A DNA stretch of 64,000 nt from Chrysomallon squamiferum (taxonomy: Eukaryota > Animalia > Mollusca): NCBI GenBank assembly GCA_012295275.1, contig CM022672.1, forward strand, positions 1,302,001 through 1,366,000. Direction: 5' to 3'. This document shows positions 14,655-27,229 of this stretch, piece after piece. A model generated the notes under the pieces. It had not been told where the DNA came from. It saw only the letters and a list, made by a program, of their open reading frames with translations, and made no database searches. The stretch's first letter is position 1. Each line of letters starts with the position of its first letter. The position numbers and the translations under genes were made by a program.

Positions 14655-16188
14655 AAAGAGCATGGGGTTTAAAATTCGTTTAGCCGTTAATGAAAACTCA
14701 TAATGTTCAAAGTGTTTAGAATATAAATACCCTCAATACTCTATGATTTTTATCGTGGTTATAATAGAATTCAGTGTTTGAAGAAATCAATTAATATATA
14801 GCAGTAATAATAACTGAAACATTTTTAAAGGAAATTAGATTGTTATGCTCAGAGAAAGAAAAAAAAAATCCTTATAACGGTAAATATTACATGTGCACTT
14901 AATACCATTTGATCTTTTGCTGTTCATATTTCAATATTCACTTTTTAAATTGATAGGCTTTTTTTTCTGAAGTTATTTTTAACGGGACTCGATTGATGTA
15001 TTATATTTCTGATCTTTTTTATTTCATGTTTTCAATTTACATACTGCATAGGATTTCTGCGTGTGTGTGTGTGTGTGTGTGTGTGAATTTTACCAATTAT
15101 TTATTATTTTGTTATTTTATTTTATTATTTATTTATTTATTTTTATTATTTATTTATTTATTTTATTTATTTACTTTTATATAGATATATAATTCTTACA
15201 TATTACAGAACATAAAAAAAAAAAAAATCAACAAAAAAAATGTTAACATCTTGTACTATGGGATGTACGATAAAATACAAGTTTACTGATGAAATGTGTA
15301 GTCTGTGAGATTGTTAACGCTAGTGTTGCGAATACTGACTGACTGCGGGTAAAACATTGAGAAATGAAATGCTTGACGCTGCCTTTTCCACGACCAAAAG
15401 TTCTTAGTAAGAGTGTACAGTACCGACTGGTCGGAAAGCTGGTCGTAAGTGGTCATTGAACAAGGTAGGTATTTAAGTGATGAATGTGCGTGCGTGTGTG
15501 TGTAAAATAACAGGGTTCCGTTTATACCGCTGCGGGAAGACAAAATGCAGTACATATTGATCGGCGCGTTTTTATTAGTTTTTCTCATTAACATACTGTT
15601 TAAGTACTTCACATGATACGAACTTCCCACAGCTGTGCCGCATGTATTTACCAGCGCTAGTCTGACTGTTTGTGTGCCAGTTACGTCAGTCAGCCTGTCG
15701 TCTGCCTGTTATTACGTAGCTACGTGTCACGTGCTACAACAACGTACGCGACATAGTAACTGTTGAACAGCGAGTGTGAACAGTAAATAGCCGATTTGTG
15801 GATACAAAGAAGCTGATGACCTTTTGAGATCTTCATTGACCTTTTTGAAACGTGTACTGACCTTTTCGATCTAAATTAAAAAATAAAATGTGAGGGGTAC
15901 ACATCTCCGTCTGTGAATATATAATTATATATACGTACATATATACATTCATTACATAGATACCTACATAATACTTACATACATACATGCATACTTATAT
16001 TCATATATGTACATACATACATATATATACATATATGCATGCATACATATTTACACATACAAACATATTTGAGAGGTTATGCATTAGTTTTATTCACATT
16101 TATGATAAATGGAGTTGAATTTGACTGCACATTATGTGTAGATATGCATGTGTTACATTATATGGTTAACATGATATGTGTGCTGTGG

Positions 16189-16264
<76 letters not shown>

Positions 16265-16319
16265 GAATCTGTGTGGATAGATAGACAGATAAACAAATAA
16301 AAATCTACCGATATTTGTT

Positions 16320-16398
16320 TCGCGGGTTTAAGTTCAGTGGTTAGAACGCTGGTGTGAGAAATGATAAGTTGTTTAATCAGTCATTTTCCGGGTACTCT
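16320..16398 (+). mobile_element. Possible degenerate tRNA-derived SINE fragment
   Basis: AGTTCAGTGGTTAGAACGC resembles a tRNA D-arm/A box (AGCTCAGTGGTTAGAGCGC), followed by TTTCCGGGTACTC, which resembles the V-SINE core motif TTTCTCCGGGTACTCC. No intact B box. Confidence 0.3.
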
Positions 16399-16400
16399 CT

Positions 16401-16548
16401 GAACCTTCTGTCAGTACTCTGAACCTTCTGACAGTACTCTGGACCTTCTGTCAGTACTCTGAACCTTCTGTCAGTACTCTGAACCTTCTGTCAGTACTCT
16501 GGATTTTCTGTCAGTACTCTGAACCTTCTGTCAGTACTCTGAACCTTT
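16401..16548. repeat. 20-bp minisatellite GAACCTTCTGTCAGTACTCT, ~7.4 copies
   Basis: Units in exact 20-bp register from 16401 to 16540, then a partial copy. Confidence 0.97.
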
Positions 16549-16557
16549 TTCCATTAT

Positions 16558-17815
16558 CATGGACCTTTTACTAGTACTCGTGACCTTCTACCAGTACCAT
16601 AAATCTTCTACAGTACCAAATACCTTTTACCAGTACCATATACCCTCTGCCAGAAGCACATATCTTCCACCAGATCAATGTACCGTCTGTCAATACGCTG
16701 GACCATCTACCAGTACCATAGACCTTCTACCAATAGCTGGACCATCTACCAGTACCATAGACCTTCTACCAATACGAAATACCTTCTACCAGTACCATAG
16801 ACCTTCTACCAGTACCATAGACCTTCTTCTACCATCATTACCATAGACCTTCTACCAATAGCTGGACCATCTACCAGTGGAGCTGGATCATCTACCAGTA
16901 TCATAGACCATCTACCAGTACCATAGACCTTCTACCAATACGAAATACCTTCTACCAGTACCATAGACCTTCTACCAATAGCTGGACCATCTACCAGTAC
17001 CATAGACCTTCTACCAATAGCTGGACCATCTACCAGTATCATAGACCTTCTACCGGTATCATAGACCTTCTACCAATACGAAATACCTTCTACCAGTACC
17101 ATAGACCTTCTACCAATAGCTGGACCATCTACCAGTATCATAGACCTTCTACCAATAGCTGGACCATCTACCAGTATCATAGACCTTCTACCTATAGTCT
17201 AGACCTTCTACCAGTACCAAAGACTTCTACCAATACGAAATACCTTCTACCAGTATCATAGACCTTCTATCAATAGCTGGACCATCTACCAGTACCATAG
17301 ACCTTCTACCAGTACCATAGACCTTCTACCAGTACCATAGACCTTCTACCAATAGCTGGACCAATACCAGTACCATAGACCTTCTACCAATAGCTGGACC
17401 AATACCAGTACCATAGACCTTCTACCAATAGCTGGACCATCTACCAGTACCATAGATCTTCTACCAATAGCTGGACCATCTACCAGTACCATAGACCTTC
17501 TACCAATAGTTGGACCATCTACCAGTATCATAGACCTTCTACCAATAGTTGGACCATCTACCAGTATCATAGACCTTCTACCAATAGCTGGACCAATACC
17601 AGTACCATAGACCTTCTACCAATAGTTGGACCATCTACCAGTACCATAGACCTTCTACCAATAGCTGGACCATCTACCAGTATCATAGACCAATACGAAA
17701 TACCTTCTACCAGTACCATAGACCTTCTTCTACCATCATTCTAGACCTTCTACCTATAGTCTGGACCTTCTACCAGTACCAAAGACTTCTACCAATACCA
17801 TATACCTTCTACAAA
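16558..17815. repeat. ~1.25-kb minisatellite of 19/20-bp monomers (AGACCTTCTACCAGTACCAT) and 39-bp dimers (AGACCTTCTACCAATAGCTGGACCATCTACCAGTACCAT)
   Basis: Dozens of visible copies, with recurring variant monomers such as CAATACGAAATACCTTCTAC and GGACCAATACCAG. Confidence 0.97.
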
Positions 17816-18679
17816 TATCCCATAAATACCATGGTGTGTGCTTTCCTGTTAGAAGGTTAGAAAGAAGCGGGTTTCGTCTCCTTTGTGGCTGTCAAACAAA
17901 AGTTTATAGGATTTACCGCGTATTAGGCAAAACATTTTTAATTTTCGTAACAATATGTTATCATTCGTTCATTGCTATCTGCTCGTGCAGGTGTCTGTGG
18001 TTGCATTTGTCTGTGTGTTTATCGGACTCCACTATAAATGTGTTATCTCTGACTGCACGCATCTCCAACGAACTTGACGCACTCAAAGATACACTTAATG
18101 AAACAACATTTTTCTTATTTATAACCAGTAACCATTTTTTTTTTTTGTACACCAGAACGTTGTTGCTGATGCTGCTGTTGTTGTTGTTGTTGTTATTGTT
18201 ATTTTGATTGTTATTGTTATTACATTTATTTATTTATTTTTTTTTTGTTGTTCTTTATTTATTTTTATTATTTTTTTTTGGGTGTTTTTTCGTTGCTGTT
18301 TTTGCTGGGTTTTTTTTGTTGTTGTTTTTTTGGTTGTTTCTAGTGTAATATATTACAAACGAACATTATCTGAAACGGATACATTTTAATGTGAAGTTCT
18401 TTGACAAAATAAGATTTATTGAACCTTCTGAAGCAAATTTCAGTTGGTTGTCGAGATATGTGATAACGAAGAAAGAACACAATTTATGTATTAATAAATC
18501 TCTCACTATCACGCTGTTTCATCGGGTCGTAATGAAAAGGAGAAGAACAAGATGGAATAAATTACTCAGAAAATAATATATCTGTTTATTAAAAACGAGT
18601 GAAATTATCAAAACTGATATCTTATCAGTGATATATTTACATGCCACAAATTTTCTTTTATGTTACAAATTTTATAAAT

Positions 18680-18710
<31 letters not shown>

Positions 18711-19137
18711 TTGTCACCTCTTAATTTCATAATACATAGATAGGTACATGCACACTCACACTTACATACACATATATACATATACTAACATACATATTAT
18801 ACATACACACACACAAACATATGCATACATAAAGAGAGAGTCCCAGAAAATCTTACCTTTCTGCAAATAACCAGTCTGTCGTTAACATATCGAGTATGAC
18901 GTCATAATGCTGTGACCCGTGACCCGTCTTATGCAGAAGAATTATTAACTAGGATGTTTTTATTTTTATTTTTTTATTTTTATTTCTTTACCCAAGTAAG
19001 TATATTAATGATTTTCCATAATAATAACAACAACAACAACAATAATAATAATAAAGAAGTATGTCACTTCTGCAGACGCATAATAACAACATTATTATTA
19101 TTATTATTATATTTAGTTAAATAAAAGTTTTGCATTT

Positions 19138-19216
<79 letters not shown>

Positions 19217-19768
19217 TTAATTTTTTTTTTATCGGCATTAAAGGAGACAAATAACCTGCTTGATAAGTTTAGACTAAATCGTGAGACACGGCACGTACTA
19301 AATGTGTACTGCAAAAGAAACAATAAAATTATTAGGTTCCGCTAGTCAACAACGGGTTTCTATACGATACCCTAATCTTTCATAGTATCTCTTGATATTA
19401 GCTTTTTGTCCCCATTCTTTATTGTAAACTCTTTTTTTTTTCCCCCGAAACGTAAAACCACACCAGTCCATTACAGATGTCTCAAATTGCAGGATATGGC
19501 TCGAATTCCTAAAATATTTTCACATACAATAATAGAAACAGGTAGTTGTTTTCGTTGTTGTTGTTGTTGTTGTTGTTGCTGATGTAGCAGTAATAAGTAA
19601 TAGAAGTAAATGGAAATTTATACTAGCAGAACGTAGTAGTTGCAGCACAACGCAGTGATCGTTGTAGTAATAAAATAAAAATTATATATATTAAAATATC
19701 AATGCATAAAATAAAAATATTCAAAGTACCAGTTATTAAAGCTGTACAAACACACATACACTCATATA

Positions 19769-19813
<45 letters not shown>

Positions 19814-21621
19814 CACACACACACACACACTATTTGTGGATGTGAGCATATGTTTACTTAATTATATATATATAAAATTTGTACAGTTGCAACAATTAAA
19901 AATTAAGCTCTCTGTTATGCTCTGTAATAAACCAGTTGTGGAGTACTGGTTGGAACTAGACATTAGATTTGATCCTCGTAGCCTCTGAATGACTGTGAAA
20001 TTATTTTCAACATTTATTAACAATTAATATCACCAAAGACAGACATGCAGTAGCAATGAAGCATTTAAAAAATAATAATACTAGAACCTAAATTTTTACT
20101 TAAAAATATTTTGTTTCTTTTCTTACTTATAATTATTTTATTTTATTTTTATATTATTATTTTTAATTATCATCGATTCTATTATGTTTATAATCATTTT
20201 GTTTCTTTTTTATTTATAATTATTTTCGTTTCTGTTTATGTATGTATGTATGGATGGATGGATGGATGGATGGATGGATGGGTGGATGGATGAATGGATG
20301 GATGGATGGACGGATGGATATATGTAATTATTGTCGTTTTCTTTCCAGTATTCACTGAATTTCCTAACATCCATCATGAACCTGGGAACAAAGTAAAATA
20401 AAAATAAAAACTGAACAGACATCTAGGTGTTTAAACTAGAACCAACAGCTTTGTCACAGATATATTCTGTTATTCCTGTCCTTAACGGGGTTACGTGTGA
20501 ACTGAATTTCTTTTCTTTTTTTAACATTTTCATTATGTGTAAATTGAATAATTGATTTCGAAAGAAATATACCTTTGCGTTCAGGTAAACACTGTTATTT
20601 ATGTATTGTGTTATTAGCAATAAATAATATATGTCTTTTTAACTGAAATAAATAATCCTAGTAACAGAACTATTCATTTCATTACTTAATATTTTTTTTT
20701 CTTTTATTACTTACTTCTACTACTATTGCTGCCATTTCTGCTACTACTATTATTACTACAGCTGTTACTACTTTATTACTATTACTAGTATTGCTACTGC
20801 ACTATATCTACTGTTATTACCACTCTTACAAATTTTGCTGCTGCCACTACAACTACTGCAGCTATTGTCGACGTTGTTGTTAAAACCATCATCACTTCCA
20901 CCACTACTACCACAACTGTTGTTATAACTACTGCTTTGCATTTACAATTATTATTATTATTATTTTATTTATTTATTTATTTATTTATTTTTAAATCTTA
21001 ACCGTAGCATCTAAAATAATAATATTTAGAAAATAATGATAATAAAAAAGCATAAGAATAAAGATAAAGAAAGAATTAGAGAAAATCAGTTGAAAAAAAA
21101 GAAAAAAAAACGTCTAAAATAAAATAAAAAAACAGAAAAAAAATTTCTTGAAGAAGAAGAAAAAAAAATTTTTTAATGTACAATGAGATAAAAAATAAGA
21201 AGAAGAAAAGAAAAAAAAATTACATTTTTTTAATTTATTTATTTATTTATTATCATTATTATTATTATTATTTTAATATTACCAAAAAAGATGTAACAAC
21301 TCGGTACTACAATAATAAATGTTAAATGTTTTTTTTTTTTTTTTTTAAATTAAAAAAAGAAAATCGTGGTCTCTGCTATAACTCTTTTCTCTCTGTATCG
21401 AAATCTAAAATAATCCGTTTTAACGCCAAGGCGTGGATCGGCTGAGTTCCCCTGCACTGAACGTGGGGCAGTCTGGACGCGATGTGTAACAATAAATCAA
21501 ACAGTTTTATTTTTACCTTGGCATTCTCCACCGCTTGTAAAACGATCCCTGTGCGAAACCGATAGACTCGGCTCTGTACTTCATGAGACAATAACACAGC
21601 GACAGGAACACAAAAACAGCT

Positions 21622-21623
21622 GT

Positions 21624-21662
<39 letters not shown>

Positions 21663-21694
21663 TTATTAGTATTAGTATTATTTATTTATTTATT

Positions 21695-21748
<54 letters not shown>

Positions 21749-21780
21749 TATTTATTATTATTATTATTTATTTATTTTTT
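21622..21780. repeat. (TTTA)n/(TTA)n microsatellite
   Basis: Directly visible. Confidence 0.92.
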
Positions 21781-22920
21781 TTACGTTTTTTTCTTTCTCG
21801 TATTCATATTCTGGTTGTTATTGTTGTTGTCGTTGTTACCATTGTTATTATTAGTCATTGATGCTGTTATTATTAGTAGTAGTGGTATTAGTAATAGTAG
21901 TAGTAGTAGTAGTAATAGTAGTAGTATGCTATTGTATATTGTCATCATAATTATTATCATCGTAATTATTATCATCATCATCAACATCATCTTCATTATG
22001 CTGCTGTCATTGCTGTTGCTGTAAGATACGCAATATCAAGAACTGCTTACGCATGCGATATATAAAAATACATGTATGTATGTATGTATGTAGTATGTAT
22101 GTATGTATATATGTATGTAGTATGTATGTATGTATGTATATGTATGTATGTATGTATGTGTGTATGTATGTATGTATGTACGTATGTATGTATGTATGTA
22201 TCCATGTATGTATGTGTGTCTATGAATGAATGCCAGTATGTACATGTGTTTATGTATGTATGTGCGTATACAGGTGTATGTGTCTGTATTCATGTACAGA
22301 TGAACGTCTGACCGTACAGATGCAAGTACGTAAATAAAGGAAAAAACAACAAGCCATCAGTAACTTGCTCGTGGCCTTTACTGCTTAACACCTGATATTT
22401 TAACTTGAACAGAAAACATTCAGTCTACATGTCAGAATACATTTGCCTTATTTCCAGGACCTGTCTAAATGTCGTTTCATTGCACAACTGTAAATTAATT
22501 TAATGTTGATCGTTAAAGTGCACTTAGTGCGATTATCTCAGCTTGTTATGCGTTGACAAAGTAGGTAAGTTAATAATCACGTTTTAACAAATAAATCTTA
22601 CGTCGTTAATTTAGGTAGAACCAAACCTACACGAATGTGCCCTGCTCTACGTATATACATACATACATAATACATACACACATCTATACATGCATACATA
22701 ATACATACACTCATCTACACAAACATACATACATATGTGTGTGTGTGTGTGTGTGTACAAAGTGGTCAGCAAATGATAACATTTATTTTGAGATTACATA
22801 TACAATTATATTTACTCCAAAAGATTCAATTTAAATAACGTAAGTTATAAAATTTTAAATAATATAGCACAAATACCATTGTTATAATGAATACCATTGT
22901 AATACTATAACCCTAACCCA

Positions 22921-23224
22921 CATACACACAAACATATTCAATACACACATACATATATACATACATACATACACACATACATATACACACACACACACAT
23001 ATATATATACACACACACACATATATATATACTTGCATATGTATGTATGCATATATATACATACACATACACACATACATACATACATAATATATATATA
23101 TATATATACACACACACATATATATATATATATACTTGCATATATATGTATGCATATATATATACATGCACACAAACACATATATACACATACATACATA
23201 CATACATACATACATACATACATG
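22921..23224. repeat. Compound (CATA)/(CA)/(TA) microsatellite with an internal duplicated block
   Basis: The block CACACATATATATATACTTGCATAT...TGTATGCATATATATACAT appears twice (~23013 and ~23113). Confidence 0.88.
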
Positions 23225-23924
23225 CGTAATTATCATGGTTACAACTCTCAAAATGAAAAACATATTTTATATTATTTATTTTTTTTAGGTTTTTTTTCTT
23301 ATGTGTGAGAAACTAAAATAAGTTTGTAAGAGACATGTAATCCTCCTCTAAAACCGCTCACGCAACGAAATCTTTTTTCCATTTACAAGTAACCTGATAC
23401 AAGTACAAACAGATTCAAAGTAATGTGAAGAGATCAATACAGAATAAGTAACATGTAGTGGGTGGTTTAATTTTTAAATTGTTTAATTATTTTGTGCGAT
23501 TATTATTATTATTTTTATTTTTTTTACTTTACGTAAAACTAAATTGAAAAAAAAAAAAAAAAAAAAGAAAGATTTGTCTAAGTCAAATGATGTTTCGATC
23601 TAAACGAAGAGTGTTTTAGAACAATTTACCTTTCTTCAAGGGAAATCTTACATGTGTGCGCACACAAAAGAGTCAGAAATAGATTTGTAGAAATGGGAGT
23701 TTTTCGGTTTAAAATATTAATGGAAATAATCAGTGGAAGTCTACAATGTCTAAAAGTGAGATTTTTTTTTTCTTCTCCTCTCCGAGATCGATTTAAACGA
23801 AACAAGAGTTTTTCACTGATTTCTTAACATTCTAAATAAGTGAATATGTTGGTGTGTTATGCGTGTGTAGGTGAATGAGTGTGTGTTTGTGTGTTGCTCG
23901 AAACAGAACAGCGTTGTTACAAAA

Positions 23925-24060
23925 TAGAAAGTTTGGTTCCGTAGGGTGTTCGGTTTACAGAGGTTTTGCAATTTCGTAGTTGACACATAACAGAACTGTA
24001 GAAACTTCTTGGTTGGGCAATTCCTGCTTAGAGAGGGTCTGATTTTGAAAGATTACACTG
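23925..24060. mobile_element. Possible degenerate end of a Tc1/pogo-like MITE
   Basis: Repeated subterminal-type motifs TTCGGTTTACAGAGG and TTCCTGCTTAGAGAGG, ending GATTACACTG. This resembles my recollection of invertebrate MITE ends (...GGTTTAGAGAGGTTTCACTG). No partner terminal inverted repeat found. Confidence 0.3.
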
Positions 24061-24082
24061 CATGCATCTATATCTATATCTA

Positions 24083-24139
<57 letters not shown>

Positions 24140-24557
24140 GTTTGGCTGTATGTCTGTCTATCTGTCTATCTATATACATCTGCTTCGATCTATCTGACCG
24201 TTTCGATGTGTCTCTATCTATGTCTATACATAAGTCTGCTCATCCATCCAGTAGTTGTTATTATTTCATAATTGCCTTCCTCATTGCCATGTGTTAGTTA
24301 CCTTGTATATTATACAGATGTTTACGTCACATATGACGTCATAGCTATTTTGTTATAGAACCTGTTTATTTCATGTGAGTTTATTTCGTTACGGCAAATT
24401 ATAAACTGTTATAGAACAATTTTTCTTCACTGGTGCTTTTTTTTTTTTTTTTTTTTTTTTTTTCAGAATTGTCATTATTAAGCTATTAAGGAACATGTTT
24501 TTTTTTTCTCGTTTTTTATCTTTGTTTTTTTCTGTTTCTTTTCGTTTCTTGAACGCG

Positions 24558-24775
24558 TGATAATTTCATAATTACCATAGATAAACCGATATATATATAT
24601 ATATATATATATTAGTATATTTCACGGCTATTAAAGTCCTAATTCTTATTTATAAACCGTCATCTAATTAGTATATTTCACGGTTGTTAATTTCATAACC
24701 GTCAGTTATAAACCGTTAGAGAATTCGTGCATTTCACAGCGTTAATTTCATAATCGTTACAAAACGTCTTTATAC
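24558..24775. repeat. Degenerate 56-bp tandem repeat, ~3.5 copies
   Basis: ATTAGTATATTTCACGG at 24611 and 24667, variant ATTCGTGCATTTCACAG at 24723; shared TAATTTCATAA and ATAAACCG motifs. Confidence 0.8.
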
Positions 24776-24929
24776 CGCACATATTGTCACCTGTGAACAG
24801 TCTTAGAACAAGTTTGTTTCATACAAAGATTTTTTTTAAAAACAATTTTTATTCCACGGGTATTTAATTCATAATTGGCGTTTGTATTTCTTTCATTGTA
24901 AGGTAATTGACTATTCTGGTTAACAACAC

Positions 24930-25584
24930 GTCGAAGTCTTTCTTCTGCCGCTAATTCGACCGGCGGGCGTAGCGGGGAGCCGTTCAATTATCACTTCCAC
25001 TCCACGACAGCGTTTGATCCACGCGCTAAACATTCATCAGCTCTCTGCGGGTTTCTTCTTTCAAACCGCGCACAGTTTTGACATCAGCGCTGAGACGTCG
25101 TCGGGCCAGCTAATTCCTTTCTTCCTTCTTCCTCAACCTCAAAAGATGGTTTGATTCTTTCTTGTATTAAATTCATTACGTGCTGATTAAATCGTGCGAC
25201 TTTTCAGCTTTGTTTTGTTGTTCTCGTGTTCACAGAGAGGTTGGGGTGGGGTGTAACACGGGTGGGTGGGAGTAGGGACGTGCAGCAATGGTACAGTGTG
25301 GTTCTCCGGGGATGGGGTTTATTGGAACATTGCGCGATGCACGTGCACTACAGGCATGCAGCAGGCACGTGCTAGGAGCGTGGCTGTAACGTGGGAATTT
25401 CACGACACTTTACGGCTATGGCTTCTGACCAAGAGGTTCCCAGACCCAGCGTTGCGAGCCCAGCTACTTATTTCGTGATCTAATCGCAGATAATCTGTTT
25501 GTTCGTTTTATCTCAAGCCTTCAGAAGAGATAATCCCCTGTGTTTGTCACAACCTTTTTGGCAAGAACTCGTCGTACAGTAAGA
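24930..25584 (+). promoter_or_regulatory. GC/CpG-rich island: candidate enhancer or alternative promoter/first exon
   Basis: GGCGGGCG and GGGGTGGGG (Sp/KLF-type) boxes, two GCACGTGC E-boxes (~25340, ~25365), and donor-like CA|GTAAGA at 25579-25584 where the sequence returns to simple repeats. Confidence 0.35.
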
Positions 25585-25786
25585 ATTATTTATATTCCAT
25601 GCATACTTACATACATACAGGTAGCGTCTTAAACTGCCTCGATAATGTGTAACATCATGTAAAACCCTGGAGATGGATAATATGCGTCTTTATGCATGTG
25701 TGCGTGGGTATGTGTGTGTATGTGTGTGTGTGTGCATGCGTGTGTGGGTGTATGTGTGTGGGTTTATGTGTGAGTGGGTATACACG

Positions 25787-25831
<45 letters not shown>

Positions 25832-26542
25832 GCATGTATGCATGTAACCATGATCTATATCAGTTTCACCGAATCTCTGATTCACTCATTAATTGTAATT
25901 ATCTGTTCCTAATTTATTTATGTCTGTGTGTCTCTTAGTATTCTCCACTGCATTAATTAATTGTATCTTGCTGTATTACACTAATTTATTCTTATATATT
26001 TCATATTTATACTTTTGCCCGTCTGGCTTTTTTTTTTTTTTTTTTTTTTTTGCTTTTTTTTTGTCACCAGTTAAATGACATAGAAAAATTACTAACAGCT
26101 CGTAAACTAATTCTTCACACCACTGTTACCAGCATTTTTTTTTTTTTGTGTGTTCTATTCTCAAGAGAGATAATATATAAACCATAAAACACAGTGTTTG
26201 GAAACAAAAGCTGCCTTCACGCCACCTTGAAAATATGTTATTTATTTATTTTATTTTTTATATATATTTTTTATTTTTTTTCTTCTTCTTCTTCGTCTTT
26301 GCTCGCTACAATTTGTTGGTGCCTGCCAGAACTTGCCAGTGCCAGTAAAAATGTTGTTTTTAAGTTGTTGTTTTTTAAGAAAAGAAAAAGAGATAAATAC
26401 CAAAATGTTTCAAGGCTTCTCGGCGGTTACCTCAAGTTAAATGGTGTTATCGAGTAACGCGCTGACTACAACTTTCAGCTAATCAAGTAAATTAGTACAG
26501 AAACTGAGTGCACCAGCCTGTTTAACTCCTCTCCTTTTCTAC

Positions 26543-26626
<84 letters not shown>

Positions 26627-27185
26627 CATCTCTTTCTTCTTTTCTTTTAAAAGTTAAAATTTCAAATTAGTTAAAGATAAATACAGAAAAAAAAAGATTG
26701 TAGGATTAAATTGCTGAAACTATTAAACAGATTATCATTAATATCAAATCTTGACTTGTGCAAAATGTGTGTATTTGCATGTATAATATTGCAGAAAGTT
26801 CATACATATTTATAACGTTTGTGAAAAATACCAATATTTATGTATTGTTTTTAGCATCAGATTTTGGTTTGCGTGAATATTTTATCTTCTTTTTTTTTTA
26901 TCACGTATTTAAATTTCTGATAAAAAATGTTTTGAGGGGGTTGTAGAGTGAGCTTTTGTAATAGAATATATTTTTATTACTCACAGAATACTTGTTTTCA
27001 TTCAAAACCATTGTTTACCTTGTTTTCTTTCTTTCTTTATTTTATTTAATTTTATTTTTCTTGGACAGACAGCATGTTTTTTTTTTCCTTGCATCTGTTA
27101 ATGCATTTTAACCGAGATGCACTCAAAAGGGTAGAAATTACTGCCGGGTTTTTGTGTTTGTACTTAACAAACAACTTCTGTACAT

Positions 27186-27229
<44 letters not shown>

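Noticed and set aside
16401-17815. CRISPR array or repeat-protein exon
   Set aside because: Contiguous tandem units without unique spacers; reading frames are broken by mixed 19/20-bp units and stops.
22908-22919. TAACCC x2 telomere-like motif
   Set aside because: Only two copies; expected by chance.
27189-27228. Long poly(A) run as a retrocopy tail (also 6562, 10448, 35336)
   Set aside because: No recognisable upstream element body or target-site duplication.
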